A DNA stretch of 40,746 nucleotides from Chiloscyllium plagiosum. Its lineage: Eukaryota. The stretch lies in NCBI RefSeq assembly GCF_004010195.1, contig NC_057711.1:70356992-70397737 (forward strand), given 5' to 3'. Below, piece after piece: positions 35,450 through 40,746 of the stretch. The translations under genes were made by a program, and so were the position numbers. Each line of letters begins with the position of its first letter. Position 1 is the stretch's first letter. The notes under the pieces were generated by a model, which saw only the letters and a list, made by a program, of their open reading frames with translations, did not search any database and had not been told where the DNA came from.

Positions 35450-36060
35450 AAACCTTCCCTAGGATTGGGGAGTCCAAAACTAAAGGGTACAGGTTCAAAG
35501 TGAGAGGTGAAATTTTTTTTTTTTAAAGATTCCCTACGTGTGGAAACAGGCCCTTCAGCCCAACCAGTCCACACCAACCCGCCGAAGAGTAACCCACCCA
35601 GATCCATTTCCCTCTGACTGAGCACCTAACACTATGGGGCAATTTAGTATGGCCAATTCACCTAAACTGCACATCTTTGGACTGTGGGAGGAAACCGGAG
35701 CACCCTTGAGGAAACCCATGCAGACACGGAGAATGTGCAAACTCCACACAGACAATCACCCAAGGCTGGAATCGAACCTGGGACCCTGGTGCTGTGAGGC
35801 AGCAGTGCTAACTACTGAGCCATAACTTTTTCATGCAGAGGGTGGTGCATGCATAGAACAAGCTGCCAGACGATATGGTGGAGGATGATACAATTACAAC
35901 ATTTAAAAGGCATCTGGATAGATATATGAATAGGAAATGTTTAGAGAGTTATGGGCCAAATGCCGGTAAATGGGACGAAATCAGTTAAGGCCATCTGGCC
36001 GGGGCAGTTGAGTTGAACCAAAGGGTCAGTTTCCATATTGTGTAACTGTATAACTCTATA
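35450..36060 (+). mobile_element. HER1/CR1 LINE 3' end interrupted by a SINE
   Basis: ggggagtccaaaactaaaggg...gtgagaggtgaaa resumes as aactttttcatgcagagggtggtg; tail gaaccaaagggtcagtttcc...ataactctata. Confidence 0.8.
35526..35822 (-). mobile_element. Near full-length HE1-type V-SINE
   Basis: Minus-strand head tggctcagtagttagc (A box)...ggttcgattcc (B box), V-domain, tail gggcctgtttccacacgtagggaatct. Confidence 0.92.
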
Positions 36061-38596
36061 ATTTCCATCAGAAATATTGGAATCAGTGCATTGCAAGACT
36101 GGTGGTCATAACATATGAGGACCACTGCCAGTTGTATGCAGCATTTAACCCACGGCAAGTATAGAGTCCCATTCTCAGAACACAATAGCATGATTGCAAC
36201 CTTTGCTGCAATGTGTTTTAGAAAAAAAGTGCAATTTCTAAAAAGGAAACACAGTGGAGAAGGGAAGAAAAGCCTCTACTCCCAAAATGGTGCCTGGGAT
36301 GAGGCTTGGAAATGAACCAGCTGGTCAAACAAGAGAATCCTGGGAATCAGGTGGTCCAGTTTCCAGTGATCCCAGGGATACAGTATAAGCACGGCCATGG
36401 CAATCCTGGCAAGACAGTGTTCGCGGAGTTACAGCAGTCCCAGGGGTACAGTGTTGCTGGGGATGGTCCCAGTGATTCGTGGTCCCAGGAATACAGTGAT
36501 CCAGGGGACACAACAATCTAATACTCATGTATATAGTAATCATGGGGATATAGTATTTCAGGGATACAATGATCCCAGGGATGAAGTGATCCCGAGATTA
36601 CACTGATCCCGGGGTTGCAGGGATCCTGGGATTACAGTGATCCTGAGGATGCAGTGATCCTGGGTTTACAGTGATGTGAGGATACAGTTATTCCAGGAAT
36701 ACAGTGATCCCAGGGTTACAGTGATCCCAGAGGTTACAGTGATCCCAGAGGTTACAGTGATCCTGGGGATGGAGTGATTCTGAGGTTACAGTGATCCTGG
36801 AGTTTTAGTGATCGAGTGGTTACAGTGATCATGGGGTTACAGTGATCATGGGGATATAGTGATCCCAGGGTTACAGTGATCCAGGGGTTGTAGTGATCCC
36901 GGAAATGCAGTGATCCCGATGATAAAGTTACCCGGTGTTAGACTGATCCTGGGGTTACAGTGATCTCACTTATACACTGATCCGGGGATACAGTGATCCT
37001 GCGGTTACAGTGACCCGGGGGATACAGTGATACGGGAATCCAGTGATCTTGGGTAAACAATAATACCGGGGGTACAGTGATCCTGGGATACAGTGATGCG
37101 GGGATACGATGATCCCGGGGATACGGTGATCCCGGGGGTACGGTGATCCCGGGGGTACGGTGATCCCGTGGGTACGGTGATCTCGAGGTGACGGTGATCT
37201 TGGGGGTCACGGTGATCCCGGAGGTTACGGTGATCCCGGGAGTGAGAGAGATCCCGGGGGTGACAGCGATCCCAGGGGTGACAGTGATCCCGGGAGTTTC
37301 GGTGATCTCGGGAGTTTTGGTGATCCCGGGGCGACGGTGATCCCGGGATGACGGCGATCCCAGGGGTTACAGTGATCCCGGGGTGATGGTGATCCCGGGA
37401 TGACGGTGATCCTGGGGATTATCGTGATCCCAGAGTTAGTGATCCCGGGATTACGGTGATCCCGAGGTGTAAGTGATACAGGGGTGACGGTGATGCCGGG
37501 GTGTGTGTGGGTGATCCCGGGGGTGCCGGCGATCTCGGGGGGTGAGGGTGAACCCGGGGGCGACGGTGATCCCAGGTGTGACGGTTATTCCCGGGGGGGG
37601 GCGAGGGTGATCCCAGGTGTGACGGTGATCCCGGGCGTCACAGTGATCCCAGAGTTGAAGGTGATTCCGGGGGTGAGGGTGATCCCGGGTGACAATGATT
37701 CCGGGGTTACAGTGATCCCGGGGGTGACAGTGATCCCGAAGGAGTGAAGGTGATCCCGGGGTGAGGGTGATCCCGGAGTGACAGTGATCCCGAGGGTGAG
37801 GGTGATCCCAGGGTTACAGTGATTCCGGGAGTGAGGGTTACGGTGATCTTGGGGGTAAGGGTGATCCTGGGATGAGGGTGATCCGGGGGGGGGTGGGGGG
37901 GTGGCGGTGATCCCAGGATGACGCCGATCCCAGGGGTCACAGTGATCCCGGAGGGGTGAGGGTGATCCCGGGGGTGAGATGATCCCGGGGTGGCGGTGAT
38001 TCCGGGGGTGACGGCGATCCCGGGGGTGACGGTGAACCCAGGGGTGACGGTGATCCCGGGGGACAATGATTCCGGGAGTGAGGGTGATCCCGGGGGTGAG
38101 GGTGATCCCGCGGTGACGGTGATCCCGGGGTTACAGTGATCCTAGGGGTGACGATGATCCCAGAGTTACAGTGATCCCAGGATTACGGTGATCCCAAGGT
38201 GTAGGTGATCCGGGGGTGACGGTGATCCTGGGGGTGACAGTGATTCCGGGGGTCACAGTGATCCTGGGGGTAATGGTGATCCTGGGGGTAATGGTGATCC
38301 CGGGGTCACAGTGATCCTGGGGGTGACGGTGATCCGGGGGGTTACAGTGGATCCCAGGGTGACGGTGATTCTGGGGGTGACGGTGATCCCGGGGTGATGG
38401 TGATCCCGGGGTTACGGTGATCCCGGGGTGAAGGGGATCCCAAGGTGACTGTGATCCTGGGGGTGAGGGTGATCCCGGGAGGTGAGGTTAATCCCGGGGG
38501 TGAGAGTGATCCCGGGGGTGAGGTGATTCCGGGGTTACAGTGATCCCGGGGTCACAGTGATCCCAGGGGTGACGGTGATCCGGAGTGTTACAGTGA

Positions 38597-38744
38597 TAGA
38601 TTAGATTACTTACAGTGCGGAAACAGGCCCTTCAGCCCAACAAGTCCACACAGACCCACCGAAGGCGTATACCACCAGACCCATACACCTACATTTACCC
38701 CTTCACCTAACACTACGGGCAATTTAGCATGGCCAATTCACCTA
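38597..38744 (-). mobile_element. 5'-truncated HE1-type SINE 3' end inside the minisatellite (copy 1)
   Basis: tagattagattacttacagtgcggaaacaggccc...ggccaattcacct inserted within a gtga|tccc unit. Confidence 0.9.
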
Positions 38745-40431
38745 TCCCGGGGGTTACGGTGATCCCAGAGGTAACACTGATCCCGGGGTAACGGCGGTCC
38801 CGGGGTTACGGTTATCCTGGGGTGAGGGTGATCCCGGGGGTTACGGTGATCCCGGGATGACGGTGATCCCAGGGGGTGATGGTGATCCTGGGGGTTGTGG
38901 TGATCCCGGGGTGAGGGTGATCCCGGGATGACGTTGATCCCAGAGGGTGAGGGTGATCCTGGGGGTGACGGTGATCCCGGGGTGAGGGTGATCCTGGAGG
39001 TTACAGTGATCCTGGGGGTGACGGTGATCCCGGGGGTTACGGTAATCCCGGGATGACGGTGATCCCAGGGGGTGAGGGTGATCCCAGGGTTACAGTGATT
39101 CCGGGAGTGAGGGTTACGGTGATCTTGGGGGTAATTCCGGGAGTGAGGGTTACGGTGATCTTGGGGGTAAGGGTGATCCTGGGATGAGGGTGATCCGGGG
39201 GGGGGTGGGGGGGTGGCGGTGATCCCAGGATGACGCCGATCCCAGGGGTCACAGTGATCCCGGAGGGGTGAGGGTGATCCCGGGGGTGAGATGATCCCGG
39301 GGTGGCGGTGATTCCGGGGGTGACGGCGATCCCGGGGGTGACGGTGAACCCAGGGGTGACGGTGATCCCGGGGTGACGGTGATCCCGGGGTTACGGTGAT
39401 CCCGGGGTGACGGTGATTACGGGGTGACGGTGATCCCGGGGTGACGGTGGTCCCGGGGGTGACGGTGATCCCGGGTATACAGTGATCCCGGGTATACAGT
39501 GATCCCGGGTATACAGTGATCCCGGGGGTGAGGGGAATCCCAGGATGAAGGGGATCCCAAGGTGACGGTGATTCCGGGGGGTGACAGTGATCCCAGGGGT
39601 GAGGGTGATCCTAGGAGATGAGGTTGATCCCAGGAGATGAGGTTGATCCCAGGAGATGAGGTTGATCCCGGGGGTGATCCCGAGTGACAATGATTCCAGG
39701 AGTGAGGGTGATCCCAGGGATGACGATGATTCCGGGGTTACAGTGATCCTGGGGGTGACAGTGATCCCGGGGGTGACAGTGAATCCGGAGATGAGGTTGA
39801 TCCTGGGGGACAATGATTCCGGGAGTGAGGGTGATCCCGGGGGTGAGGGTGATCCCGGAGATGAGGTTGATCCTGGGGGACAATGATTCCTGGAGTGAGG
39901 GTGATCCCGGGAGTGAGGGTGATCCCGGGGGTGAGGGTGATCCCGCGGTGACGGTGATCCCGGGGTTACAGTGATCCTAGGGGTGACGATGATCCCAGAG
40001 TTACAGTGATCCCAGGATTACGGTGATCCCAAGGTGTAGGTGATCCGGGGGTGACGGTGATCCTGGGGGTGACAGTGATTCCGGGGGTCACAGTGATCCT
40101 GGGGGTAATGGTGATCCTGGGGGTAATGGTGATCCCGGGGTCACAGTGATCCTGGGGGTGACGGTGATCCGGGGGGTTACAGTGGATCCCAGGGTGACGG
40201 TGATTCTGGGGGTGACGGTGATCCCGGGGTGATGGTGATCCCGGGGTTACGGTGATCCCGGGGTGAAGGGGATCCCAAGGTGACTGTGATCCTGGGGGTG
40301 AGGGTGATCCCGGGAGGTGAGGTTAATCCCGGGGGTGAGAGTGATCCCGGGGGTGAGGTGATTCCGGGGTTACAGTGATCCCGGGGTCACAGTGATCCCA
40401 GGGGTGACGGTGATCCGGAGTGTTACAGTGA

Positions 40432-40579
40432 TAGATTAGATTACTTACAGTGCGGAAACAGGCCCTTCAGCCCAACAAGTCCACACAGACCCACCGAAGC
40501 GTATACCACCCAGACCCATACACCTACATTTACCCCTTCACCTAACACTACGGGCAATTTAGCATGGCCAATTCACCTA
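40432..40579 (-). mobile_element. Duplicate of the same SINE fragment (copy 2)
   Basis: Near identical to 38597-38744 with identical flanking unit variants, offset 1835 bp. Confidence 0.9.
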
Positions 40580-40746
40580 TCCCGGGGGTTACGGTGATCC
40601 CAGAGGTAACACTGATCCCGGGGTAACGGCGGTCCCGGGGTTACGGTTATCCTGGGGTGAGGGTGATCCCGGGGGTTACGGTGATCCCGGGATGACGGTG
40701 ATCCCAGGGGGTGAGGGTGATCCTGGGGGTGACGGTGATCCCGGGG

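Larger units (their letters stand above)
36340..40746. repeat. G-rich minisatellite, unit ~18-19 bp, consensus near GGGGT(G/T)AC(G/A)GTGATCCC(G/A); runs off the window end
   Basis: gtgatcc core recurs about every 18-19 bp for more than 4 kb. Confidence 0.98.

Noticed and set aside
35760..35822. tRNA gene
   Set aside because: The A and B boxes belong to a SINE head continuous with the V-domain and LINE-like tail; same for 2155 and 17050.
36306..39886. ORFs with repeated VTVIPG / GITVTP peptides
   Set aside because: Translation products of the 18-bp minisatellite; open on both strands, frequent frame breaks, no splice context.
36340..40746. CRISPR-like or telomeric array
   Set aside because: No unique spacers, no cas genes, eukaryotic context; unit is not TTAGGG.

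Overview
Eukaryotic (vertebrate) genomic DNA. The repeat content (HE1-type V-SINEs, CR1/HER1 LINEs, shark-type Penelope elements) points to a cartilaginous fish, probably a carpet/bamboo shark; that assignment is an inference. The window spans the 5' half of the centriolar gene CEP120 on the minus strand. Seven GT-AG exons splice into one reading frame and match human coding exons 2-8 as I recall them (C2A, C2B and linker). A further putative 81-bp symmetric exon has no counterpart I recall in human CEP120. The first coding exon and the 3' exons lie outside the window. The introns are packed with nested transposon fossils: CR1/HER1, Rex1/Babar and other LINEs, HE1 SINEs, a Harbinger transposase remnant and MITEs. 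There are also about a dozen Penelope-like (PLE) derivatives. Most are fold-back inverted repeats carrying minimal hammerhead-ribozyme cores, and many have 13-15 bp target-site duplications. One PLE insertion carries about 195 bp copied from neighbouring intronic DNA. The last 4.4 kb is a G-rich ~18-19 bp minisatellite with higher-order duplications. Two assembly gaps are present. There is no prokaryotic-type system such as CRISPR.
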